A stretch of DNA of 64,000 nt, taken from IMG/VR virus record IMGVR_UViG_3300008262_000055; one strand, 5' to 3'. The notes under the pieces were generated by a model that was not told the DNA's origin, searched no databases, and saw only the letters and a program-made list of their open reading frames with translations. The DNA is from a virus. Lineage: Duplodnaviria; Caudoviricetes. Below are positions 46,251-58,700 of the stretch, in pieces. Each line of letters opens with the position of its first letter. Positions within the stretch are counted from its first letter, which is position 1. The translations under genes and the position numbers were made by a program.

Positions 46251-49200
46251 TCATCCAAAAATTAATGCTGTAGTAATAGCTAAACCTTCTGCTTCTGAAT
46301 AAGTTATTCCTGTACCGCTACTGCCTGCTGCCGAAACCCATGTTACTCCGTCATATACTTCTACACGCTGGTCTGTGGTGTTATAACGCATCATTCCAGT
46401 TTCAAATAACACTCCCCGTTCTATGTCCGATCCCCTAGGAAGGACAAACCCGTTAGTACCGTTAATTTTAAAATATCCGGTACCTGTTTGATTAAACGAA
46501 GTTATAGCATCATTCTGTGTGTTTGTAATAGTGTTATTTCTAATAGCAAAAACACCAATGACTGTGCTACCAGTACCATTAGGAGCTAATATTAAGTTCC
46601 CGTCTGTATTGGTAGTAGAAATCGTATTACCTGTGATATTTATATTACCTATATCTACGTTACTTGTAGAAAATTGGGTAGCATTTAAGGTAGCACGATT
46701 AAGCCCGTTGATATAAAAGCTGATTACATTATCGTTAGCACCGGGTGTAGTTTCGGGGGTGATATATGTGTTTTCATCTAAATCATATACACCGTCTAAT
46801 CTACGCCAATTTGTGCCATCAAAACCTTCGTAATAATTGTCGTCGGTATTATATCTGATATAACCCGCTTGTCCGGTAGGCCGTTGTGCCTCAGTTCCTC
46901 TAGGCAATCTCACTGCCTGTGTACCTTGGAAATCTACTATACCGGTACCATTTGGTGCTATTATTAAATTAGTATCGGTTAGTGTAGATATCTGATTTTG
47001 ATTTACTATAACTGATTCTAATTCTATACCGCCGGTGCCGTTAGCTCGTAATTCTAAGTTGGTATTTGACGTATTTGTAGTAATCAAATTACCGCTGATT
47101 GTAATTGAACCTAAATTAATTATTGGTGCTGTTACCGAGCCTGATGCTACGATATCAGTAGTAGTAATATCTCCTGATACTGTTAGATTCTGTGCGATTT
47201 CAACGTTGTTAAACGGCACAATAATAATTCCGCCACCTGTAGCTTGGAATGTAAGGTCGCTACCAGGAGTAGTAGTTCTAATCACATTTCCTTCTACACG
47301 TATATTACTAAACTGAGCTGTTCCAGTAATATTCATGTTTCCGGTTAAATTATAAGCTCCGGTTTGATTTACTGTACCGGTATGATTAGCTACACCATTG
47401 TGAGTCAATGTGCCGGTAATTTGTGTATTGTTTAATTGTACATCTGTTGTAACTACCAACCCGCCATTAACAATTAGGTCGGTGTTGTCTATAACCACAC
47501 TGCCTGTACCGTTGGCACGTAATTCTAGATCTGAATTAGAAAGCGTAGTGGTAATTCTGTTACCGCGTACTACTATGTCACCTGTATCTATTTCATTAGA
47601 CTGTAAAGATCCAAATGTACCAACAACATTATTGGCATATAATGTACCGTTAACAAAAAGATCGTTTTCTATTAATACATCATTTTCTGGAACATAGATT
47701 ATACCCGAGCCCGGAGCATCTAATACTAGATTAAATCCGTTGGCAGATGAAATCTGATTACCGTTAATACGTATATCGGCTATTTCTGTTAGCCCGCTAA
47801 CATCTAAATTGCCGTTGAGTGTATAGTCGCCGGTTTGTGTAGTGTTTCCAGTATGATTGGTATTACCTATTTGTGTTAGTGTACCTGTTACATCTGTGTT
47901 TTGTAAATCTGTAATTCCAGAAACAGTTATATCATTTTGTATTAACACGTCAGCATCAGGAACAACCACATTGCCTGTACCATTAGCACGTAATTCTAAA
48001 TCCGAGTTTGACAGTGTAGTAGTTATAAAATTGTTCTGTATGCGAACATCGCTGGTCTGTACTATTTCTGTTTGTAAAATGGTTAGAGATAAGTTTTCAA
48101 CAGTCAACGTACCATTAACTGTTAGATCTTGACCAACAGTAACATCGTTAGATGGAACAGAAATTATTCCTGAACCGCTAGCAAATAATTCTAAATTGCT
48201 GTTTGAATCTGTTGTGTATAGTTGATTACCATCAATACGGATATCTTCAAATTGAGCATAGCTGGTAACTGTGAGATTTCCTGTTAGTGTGTAATCTCCA
48301 GTGTGTGTAGTTGTGCCCGTTTGATTTAAATCACCTGTGTGATTTATAACACCTGTAACATCTGTGGTGCCTAATAGCGTAGTAACTCCGGTCACTGTTA
48401 GGTCTTGATTTACATAAAGATCGCTGGTTACAGATACAATACCTGTGCCGTTGGCTCTTAGTTCTAGATCACTATTTGAATCAGTGGTTGATATTACATT
48501 ATTTTCTATTAAAATATTACCGTTGGTATACCTATCGGCAGTTATATCTGTAGCAACATTTAATGTATTAGAAGAAATATCTCCAACTACAACCAAGTCC
48601 CCAGTAACTTCAAGGTCAGTACCATCTACAATTACTTTACCAGTACCTGCTGCTCTAAGTTCTAGATCACTGTTTGATATGGTAGTTGTTATGAAATTGT
48701 CATCTATCAAAACATTTTCAAACTGAGCAGCATTTCCTACTGAAATATTTCCTGTTACGGATAAATCTCCAGTTTGTGTATAGTTGCCAACTTGTATAAT
48801 GTTGCCGTTTACAGTTAAAGTACCTGTGATATTTGTAACGGTTAAATTAGTATTTCCTATAACTTCTAGGTCTTCGTCAATTTGTACGTCACTCGCTGAT
48901 ACGTATATCTTTCCGGTGCCGTTTGACCTAAGCTCTAAATCTGAATTTGATAATGTTGTTGTAATCGTGTTGCTGTTGATTACAATATTTTCATTTCTAA
49001 TTGTAGTTGAAGTAACTGTGCCAGTATTGTTTATATTCACACCAGTAATTTGACCGTCGACTGTTAGATCTTGATCAATCTGTACATCGTTTGATGGAAC
49101 ATAAATCTTTCCTGTGCCTGCTGCTTCAAGTTGGAGGTCTTGATTGCTATTTTTTGTACGGATATTATTCTGTACAATTTCAATATTTTCAAGATCTAGT

Positions 49201-52200
49201 GAAGCTGCGAAGAATGAGCCACTAACACTTAGATCACCATTCTGTATCACATCGCCTGTGATGGTGCTATTACCAGTTAGATTTAAAGCACCTACGATAT
49301 TAGTTGTTTGAAGATTTGTAGTACCAAGTACTGTAAACGTATCATTAACTTGTAAATTGTTGCTAGGTATAAGGACTTTACCAGTGCCTGCTGCGGATAA
49401 TTCTAAATCACTATTTGAATCTAATGTTGAAATCTTATTATCTACAATTTCAATGTTATCAGCAGTTAGTCTGTTAACAAAAATCTGTCTCCAACGCTCA
49501 ACAGTTGTTCCTAGGTCGTATGTATCGTTTAATTTAGGAATAATGTCGCTGTCAATCCTAGCTTCTATGTTGACAGAATCTGTGGTTTGATCGCCTATGG
49601 TAATATTGCCGCCAATCGTTACATTACCTGTTACGTCAAGATCGCCTGCGATATTAACATTGTTTAAGAAATTAACTTCACCTGTAAATGAATTGATATT
49701 CATTACTTGAGTCAGTGTTTCTACAGTATTATTTGATATACGGAAATCGCCAGTTTCAATTTTAGTAGCGTCGATATATGTTTGATTTACGCCGTCATTG
49801 AATAGCAAACTGCCTGTTACTGCTACGTTAGAGTTACTAAAAATAACTTCGCCAGTATCTTGATTAATATAAAACTGATCGCCTACACGGAAATCGCCTT
49901 TGTGATCAACCGATGTATAATAAATCTTAGCACGATTAGTTTCAACTACTTCGTTGGCTTGTATAACTGTGGTAGGGTCATTATTAGAGTCTCCTCCGTT
50001 GCCAATGTAGGCTAAGTTTTGTCCAATGAGATACGCAATAACGCCGTCGCCGTCGCCATATGCTCCATAGTTGCCGTATACGCAGGCAGAGCCAATACTT
50101 CTTAATTCAGCACCAAAGTCCGAATAGTCAGCAAAATCTATAGCAGAAGCAGTTCCGCTTGTAGTTGTATTTCTGATGTCTTGTGTAGTGTTACCGTCAT
50201 CTAAAATGATAGTTGAATTATTTGTACCATTAAAATGTAATAACAATACTGTTGAAGTATCGCTGGTAAAGGCTGCTGTAGGTACAGTTACTGAAGTAGT
50301 ATATTTGGCTACACCTTTGACTACACGCAGTTCGTCAACATAACCAGTTGATGGAGAACTGCCAGTCCAGCTTGCTCCAACTCTCAATGGTCTTTCTGGA
50401 TAATTGTTAGCATCTGTATAGGTAGTAGGTGTTACGGTTCCGTTAACAGCAAGTTTAGTTACTCCGCCGACTCTAAACAGTGCGATATGATTAAATGTAC
50501 CTGCGGTACAGGCCGCACTTGATGTAATTCTATAGGCATTACTAACAAACAATCTAATGTTGCCAGCAGCGTTCATTTCAAGGTATACCGCTGTGTCGTT
50601 ACTAGCTGTTCTACAGTCTAATAATACCTGCTGTATTCCTAGGGCAGTTGGTCTCCAGAAAAATTCAATAGTAAAATCACCAGTACCGTAACCAAAATCT
50701 GGTTGACTAGAATATGTGATAAAATCCCCAGTGCCGTCTAATACTAAACTTGCTGTGCCAAATTTTTTCTGTGCTGTGCTTAGTTTAGCGTCACCGCCTA
50801 ATGATACTGTTTTGCCTATGCGATCTTCTGGAGTCTCCCATCCTAGACTCTTACCGTCAATATTATAAAAATCCCCGTCTATACTTTCAATAATACCACT
50901 AGCAAGTACTGTGGTTCCGTCTGTGTCATAATAACTTATAGTATCGCCTACTTGCCAAGTTCCTGTAGTATTTGAAATTTTTATTCGAGTCTTTCCATCG
51001 CCAGCAAACCCATCGTTGCTGCTGAATAAACTTATACCTTTGTTGGCATAATAAGTGAATGAATTTAACCATTCTACTCTAGCACCGTTGGTAGCCGATA
51101 GAGCATCTACGCCAGGAGTGATAAATGTTACAGAATGGAATAACATTGATGCTTCTCTAGATGTAGCAGTAGCATACGCACCGTCTACATAAGCACCTTT
51201 ACCTGCGTCTGCTGATCCAAATCCCAAAGGATCGCCTACGCCAACTATAGTACCTTTGGTTAATACTGAAATGTTTCTTACATACGGTGATCTAGTTGTT
51301 ACTTCAAAATCTGTAGCAAAACGGAAAGCATAACCGTTGTCTGGAAATACCCTGTTGCCACCATTACAGCTAAATGTTAAGTTGGAAAGGAAAACTCTAT
51401 CTCCAAGGCTAGCAGTTCCGCCGGTGTGTGTTAGTACCAGGACGCCTGTAGTATGAGTATAAGTTGCTCCTGTAATGTTTCCGCTGCTGCTGTCAATAAA
51501 TTCAATAGTTCCGCCGCTAACATAAGCATGAGCGAACGGTGAAGTTCCTACGTCTACTGTAGTTGTTCCGGGTGCTGCTGAAGTAACTGTAAAATAATTT
51601 CCGCCGCTATAAAAATCTGCTACAGTTAAATCTTCTACGGTTGTTTCTCCGTTCATTAAGAAACAGTCATTGTATTCTGTAGCAGTAGTTGGTACAATTC
51701 TTACGGAGCGTATACCTGTGCCTTTTACCGTAACTCCTACAGGAACTTCTAACGGAAATGCCTCTTCGTAAACTCCGGGATAAAGATATATGGTTGTTCC
51801 GGCAGGGGCTATGCTCAAGGCATATTTTAAAGTTCTTAAAGAATCGTTTGGATGTTCGCCTTCATGTGTATCGTTGCCGTTAACTGCTGACACATAAAGC
51901 ATATTTCCGGGAAGTGCTGAAATATTAACACCGTCAATAATTAAATTCTGAGAAGTAATTATATCAGCGTATAAATTTCTAGTCCAAACATCGTACCAGC
52001 GTTTGCCGCCTGTAATCGGGTTTGATCCTATATTGTATGCTTCGTTAGCATCAGGAATTATGTTACTGTTAATTTCTGCGTTGAAAGTAATAGTATCAGT
52101 AGTAGCATCTCCTAATACAATATTACCGTCTGCGGTAATTGCTCCATCAACTTGTAGATCTCCAGCAACCTGTACTCCAGACTTGATGTCTATTATACCA

Positions 52201-52586
52201 GTACCACTTGGGCGTATTTCTAAATTAGCATTAGATTCATTAGTAGCTATGATATTATTAAAAATATCTATTGAATCTATGGAAAACTTACTGGTTCTTA
52301 GAGCAGAACCTTCTGGCAGATTAAAAGTTAAATCGCCGTCGTATGTTATCGTGTTTGGTGAAAATAAGAAGTCTCCAATTTGTGCCGTAGAGCCTGTGAC
52401 TTCTAAATTTGTTGTGCGGGTCGTGCCGTTTACTTGAAGTTCGTGACTAGGAGTAGCAGTCTTTATGCCGATTCGCCTATTGTTAACATCAAGATAAAGT
52501 AGGTCGGTCTCAAAGGCCAGATCCACACCTTGGCGTAGAAGGTTAGCCTTTAAGAGCGGACCGCTAATTCGACCAAGCTGGCTCAT
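46251..52586 (-). CDS. Giant fibre, 2111 aa, with LamG/ConA-like lectin domain
   Basis: About 14 N.I.T..SNSDLEL.A.GTG shaft repeats; FGTASLVLDGTGD...DFTIEF...HIAL...GYVDELRV...LLLHF LamG module. Confidence 0.85.
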   Translation of the reverse strand: MSQLGRISGPLLKANLLRQGVDLAFETDLLYLDVNNRRIGIKTATPSHELQVNGTTRTTNLEVTGSTAQIGDFLFSPNTITYDGDLTFNLPEGSALRTSKFSIDSIDIFNNIIATNESNANLEIRPSGTGIIDIKSGVQVAGDLQVDGAITADGNIVLGDATTDTITFNAEINSNIIPDANEAYNIGSNPITGGKRWYDVWTRNLYADIITSQNLIIDGVNISALPGNMLYVSAVNGNDTHEGEHPNDSLRTLKYALSIAPAGTTIYLYPGVYEEAFPLEVPVGVTVKGTGIRSVRIVPTTATEYNDCFLMNGETTVEDLTVADFYSGGNYFTVTSAAPGTTTVDVGTSPFAHAYVSGGTIEFIDSSSGNITGATYTHTTGVLVLTHTGGTASLGDRVFLSNLTFSCNGGNRVFPDNGYAFRFATDFEVTTRSPYVRNISVLTKGTIVGVGDPLGFGSADAGKGAYVDGAYATATSREASMLFHSVTFITPGVDALSATNGARVEWLNSFTYYANKGISLFSSNDGFAGDGKTRIKISNTTGTWQVGDTISYYDTDGTTVLASGIIESIDGDFYNIDGKSLGWETPEDRIGKTVSLGGDAKLSTAQKKFGTASLVLDGTGDFITYSSQPDFGYGTGDFTIEFFWRPTALGIQQVLLDCRTASNDTAVYLEMNAAGNIRLFVSNAYRITSSAACTAGTFNHIALFRVGGVTKLAVNGTVTPTTYTDANNYPERPLRVGASWTGSSPSTGYVDELRVVKGVAKYTTSVTVPTAAFTSDTSTVLLLHFNGTNNSTIILDDGNTTQDIRNTTTSGTASAIDFADYSDFGAELRSIGSACVYGNYGAYGDGDGVIAYLIGQNLAYIGNGGDSNNDPTTVIQANEVVETNRAKIYYTSVDHKGDFRVGDQFYINQDTGEVIFSNSNVAVTGSLLFNDGVNQTYIDATKIETGDFRISNNTVETLTQVMNINSFTGEVNFLNNVNIAGDLDVTGNVTIGGNITIGDQTTDSVNIEARIDSDIIPKLNDTYDLGTTVERWRQIFVNRLTADNIEIVDNKISTLDSNSDLELSAAGTGKVLIPSNNLQVNDTFTVLGTTNLQTTNIVGALNLTGNSTITGDVIQNGDLSVSGSFFAASLDLENIEIVQNNIRTKNSNQDLQLEAAGTGKIYVPSNDVQIDQDLTVDGQITGVNINNTGTVTSTTIRNENIVINSNTITTTLSNSDLELRSNGTGKIYVSASDVQIDEDLEVIGNTNLTVTNITGTLTVNGNIIQVGNYTQTGDLSVTGNISVGNAAQFENVLIDDNFITTTISNSDLELRAAGTGKVIVDGTDLEVTGDLVVVGDISSNTLNVATDITADRYTNGNILIENNVISTTDSNSDLELRANGTGIVSVTSDLYVNQDLTVTGVTTLLGTTDVTGVINHTGDLNQTGTTTHTGDYTLTGNLTVTSYAQFEDIRIDGNQLYTTDSNSNLELFASGSGIISVPSNDVTVGQDLTVNGTLTVENLSLTILQTEIVQTSDVRIQNNFITTTLSNSDLELRANGTGNVVVPDADVLIQNDITVSGITDLQNTDVTGTLTQIGNTNHTGNTTQTGDYTLNGNLDVSGLTEIADIRINGNQISSANGFNLVLDAPGSGIIYVPENDVLIENDLFVNGTLYANNVVGTFGSLQSNEIDTGDIVVRGNRITTTLSNSDLELRANGTGSVVIDNTDLIVNGGLVVTTDVQLNNTQITGTLTHNGVANHTGTVNQTGAYNLTGNMNITGTAQFSNIRVEGNVIRTTTPGSDLTFQATGGGIIIVPFNNVEIAQNLTVSGDITTTDIVASGSVTAPIINLGSITISGNLITTNTSNTNLELRANGTGGIELESVIVNQNQISTLTDTNLIIAPNGTGIVDFQGTQAVRLPRGTEAQRPTGQAGYIRYNTDDNYYEGFDGTNWRRLDGVYDLDENTYITPETTPGANDNVISFYINGLNRATLNATQFSTSNVDIGNINITGNTISTTNTDGNLILAPNGTGSTVIGVFAIRNNTITNTQNDAITSFNQTGTGYFKINGTNGFVLPRGSDIERGVLFETGMMRYNTTDQRVEVYDGVTWVSAAGSSGTGITYSEAEGLAITTALIFG

Positions 52587-52692
52587 TCGCTCTCCTTTTC
52601 ACCCCGTGTTTCACGGTTAACCACCTTACATTGCGGGTTTACCACAGTTTAACCATACAAGGATTGGTCGTCCTTGTAATCAATAGTATTTA
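52587..52692 (-). ncRNA. Candidate structured 5' leader RNA (about 95 nt) behind a TAAATA promoter at 52687-52692
   Basis: Stems UACAAGGA/UCCUUGUA, GGUUAA/UUAACC, UGUGG/CCGCA, CCGUG-AAA-CACGG, then AAGGAG RBS. Confidence 0.55.
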
Positions 52693-52705
52693 TCGTTTGG
52701 GTAGA

Positions 52706-55700
52706 TTAACCAAGTAGGATGGCGTAGATCTCATTTAGCTCTTGTATTTCTGCTAAAGTAGCGTTTGTTGATGTACCTGCTAGAGTAGAGGTATTGAATC
52801 GAATATCACCAACTTCGGGCATTGCTGGTCGACTATCAGAATCGCCGGTGGGTATTACTAGTGCTGTGGTTGTGTTAAATTTAATGTATCCAGATCCGGT
52901 ATTTTGTAAAACCATATTTTCTGTAGGATCTGTATTAGTTAATGTAGTACCGGTAAACAGAATATCACCCATAACAACATTTAGGGTATCTGGTATGAAT
53001 TTTGAAATAGTGGTTGAGGTATGTAGATATAGATCAGTCGACGATGCTCTTTGATAAATGCCTTCAGTGTATGATAAAGAACTAGGATAGTCAATGACAA
53101 AAGTCATTGTTGTAACATCCCAGGCTGTGCCTAGAGTATAGTTTCTTATAAATGTGTTTGATCCGTTGCTTATAATGGCCCAAAATGCTGTTCCGTCATC
53201 GTTAAACGCTTGTCCTTTAGCATAATATCCTGTAGGAAGTGAGAAAGTATATGTGGTTGGCCCAGTCATGCCAACTATTGTCCAAGCTGTCGCACAGGTG
53301 TATACCTGAAATGATACTTGACTTACCGCAGTGTTCCGATTTATTTCATAAAATTTTGTTCCGTCAGCATTGAACCAAGGTTGAGATAACGCAATTATTC
53401 CGATATTTACTTTATTGATATGGCTAGCCGTTGTTATATCCCAAGGGGTTGATAAACTATATTCAAAAACAAAAACATTAAGATTAAGAAATCCACCACC
53501 ATTGCCCATAACCCAAAATTTTGTGCCATCGTATTTAAAATAGGGCCCTGTATTGTTTAACGTTCCCATACCGCCAACGGTTATAGCATTTAGATCTTGA
53601 ATTGAAAAGGTTGTATGATCTCCAATTGACGAAATATCCCATGGTGTTGATAAGGGATAAGAAACCACATTGCGATTGTTATAAGAAAATGCCACAGTTC
53701 CGTCAGGTTTAAAAAATATTCCTCTTAGAGTTCTTGCGGTAGCCGGAGCACTTAACATTTGTCCGGACGAGTCTATACTGTAGACTATATCCCCATTAAT
53801 GCCGCCCGGTGTTAAATTTATGTCACTGTTGCTGATGCTAGAAATAGTGTTACCACTGAATAGCAACGACCCTGTTAATAGTGCTGTAAGATTAACTGTA
53901 GAACTGTTAATACTCATCCTAGAAACATTGTTTACTCTAAAATCTAAAACATCAGTATCTAATGCTCTTACAGAAGTAGCACGATTTCTAGAAAAAATAC
54001 CCCCGTAAGTTATAGCACCGTTGTTAGTCCAACCTTCAAATCTAGATACAGAGGTATTAAATCTTAATTCTCCTGTTAGACCGGTTAATTTATTGAGACT
54101 GGTCCCTGTAGGTAATTTAACAGCATCGGTCTTATCAAAGTCTACTATTCTGCCAGTAAACGGAACCACATTCAAATTAGCATTAGTATCTACCGTAGAT
54201 ATGATATTGTTTAAGATACTGGTTTTTTCTAATATAACTCTACCAGTGCCTGACCCTAATAGATGTAAATTACTGTTTGATAGTGTGGTCTCTATAAAAT
54301 TATCTTTGATACGGATGTCGTCGTTAAACAATGTATCTGTGAGTATAGTTGTACCCGTAATGTTCCTAGAAAATATATCGCCAGCAACTGACAAATTCTG
54401 ACTCAGTAAAGCAGAATCATTTAGCAAGATTTTAGCAGAGCCTTGGGCTCTAAGATCAATATTGCTGTTTGAGGTAGTAGTGGCAATTCTAAAATCAATA
54501 AAGTTATAATCTTCAAATAGAGCTTGACCGTTGGTTGTTAAATTACCGGTTAGATTATATTCCCCTGCTAGATTATATGCTCCAGTATGTTGTTTTGTTC
54601 CGGTTAATCCAAATATGCCATCAATAGCCGTAGCTGTAAAAGTAGAATTGCCAGTTAAGTTTAATTGTCCTGTAGCAATTTCTAGTGTAGGTTGTACAGT
54701 CACTCTTCCGGTACCGTGTGCAGCTAACTCTAGATCTGTGTTTGAAGTAATTGTTTCTATGTAATTGTTTTGGATTCTGATCTGATCAGTTTCATAGATA
54801 TCGCTGGCTACGTCATTAGGGAATGTTATGTTCTGTACAGCTATGTAAGCGTCATTTACAGTGAGATCATTTTCTATAACTACATTAGCATTCGGTATTA
54901 CAATATTGCCGATCCCGCCCGATGCTATTAATTCTAAATCTGAATTTGAACTAGTAGTAGCAACCGTATTTCCAGATATAATTACATCGCCGTTGGTAAA
55001 CTGATCTGCTATCAAATCCCCTGTAATACTCACATCGCCAGTCTGGATAATGTTTCCAGTTTGGTTTAACTGTCCTACTAATACTAGATCTGTTATCTGA
55101 GTATTCAGTAATGTCGATGTTCCAGAAATGGTAAGGTTATTGTCAATTTCAAAATTGTCAGTGATATTAACTTGACCAGTACCGTTAGCACGTAATTCAA
55201 GATCAGCGTTAGATACTGTGGTTGTAATAAAATTTTCTTGTACAAGAATATCATCGACAAAAATTGATAATCCTGTCGCCTGCGTTCTAACAGTTAGATC
55301 ATCAGAAATTAACTCGCCTTGTATTTCTAAATTGTTTTCAATTATTAGGTCGTCATTGAATACGACAAGTCTAGCTGGTTGTGCCAATAATTCAATATTT
55401 GTGTTAGATGATAATCTATTTCCTTCTATTCTTAGATTTTGATATTGGCCGGTTCCTGATACTGATAAAAATCCCTGTATTGTAGTAGCACCCGTAATAT
55501 CAGCATTGCCTATTCTTACTAGATCGTTAGTGTGTGTTACCGTAGCTGATATGTTTAAATCTAATAAGTTGCTAGATCCCAAAACTGAAAGATATGTATC
55601 AGCAATTAAATCAGTGTCTACTATGTTTAATAATCCAACAGGGTCTAATACTAAATTAGTGTTTAAATTATTAGATTCTATCGCATTACCTGTGACGGTA

Positions 55701-58700
55701 ACACCGTTTAAAATCATAGCAGACGATGTTACTTGATATGCTATAGATGCTAGATTAGTTGAAATTGTATTTTGTACTGATACATTATTGTCTACAAGAA
55801 CATTTTCCTGTAACAAAACTTTTCCCAAACCTGCTGCTTGTAATAATAAATCATTATTAGCTAGTGTGGTTGATATTACGTTGCCTTGAATAGAGATATC
55901 TTCAAATTCTATGTAATTAACATTTAAATTATTAGATATAGCAAGATTGCCAGTAATTGCAGCGTTGCCGGATAATATGATCTCGCTAGTGCTGTTTATA
56001 GAATCAACTGTAATTGATTTTAAATTTGTTGTTCCGTTTACGGTTAAATCTTGATCTATTAGTAGACTATCAGTTTTTACTTTTCCTGTGCCGTCGGCAT
56101 TTACTATTAAATCTTGTGCGGGTGTTTCTATTACGTTTCCGTATATTTTAACTCCCGCATCAAAAATATCTGATGTTATCTGAGAGAGTTGTACGTTAGA
56201 CGAATTAATATTGTTGTATATTAAATTTTGATCTATTTGTACATCGTTAATAGGCACATAGATATTTCCAGTGCCGTTAGCACGTAATTCAAGATCTGAA
56301 TTTGATTGTGCTGTAGATATTACATTACTATCAACAGATATGTCGCCAAAACTTAAACTAGGAACTGATAATGCGAGGTTGTTAGATAACTGATAATCGC
56401 CACTCACTGTTGTATTGCCTGTGAGTATTTGATTTCCAGTTTGTGTAAATGCTCCTAAGATATTTGTATCTTTGAGATTTAAAATATTAACAGCATCAAA
56501 CCCTGTCTCTACTTGTAATGCGTCAAAGATAACTTTTCCTGTGCCTGCGGCATATAATTCTAAATCACTGTTACTAGATTTAGTATAAATTTTATTGTCG
56601 TCAAATACAATCTCACCAAAATCGGCTTTACCTAACCAGATAGAATTCCAAGTTAGTACTGACGAGCCTAATGAAGAAACATTAGGATATTTAGGAATAA
56701 TATCACTATCAACCTCGCTGGCAAATGTTACAGTATCTATAGCACCAGCATTACCAATGTTGATAGTACCATCTATGCTAAGATTTCCTGTTAGATCTAG
56801 GTTACCTGCGATATTACTAGTTTGTAGTGTTTGCGGAGCTACCGCAGATTTAATGTTTAAGTCGCCTGTAGCAGTTGATAATAAATTACCCTGAAATATA
56901 ACGTCACCGGTTTCAATTTTTTCAGCATTTAAAATTGTTATATCAGTGCCATCTGAGAAAATAATTTCATTAATACCGCTGACACTTTGTCCAATACCAT
57001 TAAATGTTACAAGTCCGGTTTCTTGGTCTACAAAAAATGCTTCGCCTACACGGAAATTGCCATTATGGTCATCACTTTGCCAGTATATTCTAGCATTGTT
57101 TAGGGTAACAGTTTCATTGACTTGTATAACTGTAGTAGGATCATTTGTGACATTAGTACCTGTGCCAATGTAGGCAAAGTTATGATTAATCAGATACATC
57201 AATACACTGTCGCCGTCGCCCTCGGCACCAACGTTGCCATACACATTAGCAGAGCCAATACTCCTTAATTCTGCTCCATAGATTGTAGTAGATCCGTCTG
57301 AGCTTAATCTTCCTAGACTACCGTTAGTAGCATACAGACCTTTACTGGCAAAATATGTAAATGAATTTAACCACTCGACTCTAACACCGTTAGTCATGTA
57401 TAGTCCAACAGAGTTAGGAACTATAAATGTCACAGAATGGAATAACATGCTGGCTGTTATTGACTGCGGCACTACAGCACTACCATCAACTAAAGCACCT
57501 CTACCAGCGGGTGCTGCGGCAGATCCTGTAGGAGATGAAAATATCGGAATACCAACACCGCCAACTAGTGATGTAGTTACATAAATTCTCCACTGATTAG
57601 TATTAATTGGGTCTTCAATTATATAATCAACAATGTATATTGTGCCTGCTACATTAATAGTCCACCCTGCTTCTACAGTAGTTTCAAAGTTAGCCGGTAA
57701 ATTAGTTTTGAAATATGCTACCCATTTTTCACCAACTGAACTTCCTGAGGTATCCCAAATATCGTTTGTAATGATCTGTGTTGTTCCAACATCTGGATAG
57801 AAGCTAATAGGTTTAAGCTGACCGGCTGGATTAAAAGTTGTATCAACGGTCATTCTCCACTCTGTTGGAGATAAAGGTTCGGTGGCAATTGATATAACTG
57901 TGTAGAATAGAGGAGGATTAGGATACCTATCAATAACTGCGGTTTGACCTACTAGCGAATCTACAAGAGCTTGGCTGTAAAATGTTTTAGATAAAGTTAC
58001 ACTATCACTAGTCAATGACACGCCAGTGGGTGCTGGGCCAACTGTGATATTAGTAGGTGTTAATGTTCCGGTAACTTCTTGTGTTATAACAGTTATGTTT
58101 TGTACATATGGCGATCTTTCAGAAGCATCATATCCATCAGCAAATCTAAAACCGTACCCTTCGTTGGTTGTTTCGTTATAAAAGAAATCTCTTACTGTGA
58201 GATTTGAAACAGTTGATCCAGCATTAAGTAAAAAACAATCTTTAAACTCACTGCTAGAGTCTGGTTCAACAATTACAGTTCTAATGTCTGTACCGTTGAC
58301 TGTAACACCGGCTGGCACTTCTAACGGAAATGTTTCTTGATATACTCCTGGATAGATAGTAACCGTGTCACCGTTGGTGGCAAAACTTAAAGCATGTTTG
58401 ATAGTTCTAAATCCGCCGAGCTGATGAGTACCGTCATTCCATATACCACTGTCTTCACCTAATGTACTAACGTAATATGAATTTCCCGGTCTAAGAGCTA
58501 CGTTAGGATTAATATTAGCTACAGAAGTAATATCTTCAGTGATTAAGAATTCGCCGTTGATTAACTCAGTGTGTAATTCATTCCATTTTGTATCTGAAGA
58601 ACCAATGCTATAAACTTCATTCAACGTAGGTATTAGGTCGCCTATTATTTCTGCGGTAAATGCTAAGGTGTCAAGGGTATTATTATCACCGAATGTAATA

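Noticed and set aside
16592-57584. Dozens of plus-strand ORFs (60-270 aa) antisense to fibre, sheath and other genes
   Set aside because: They are shadows of strong codon periodicity in the minus-strand genes; they have no RBS/promoter context or recognisable motifs.
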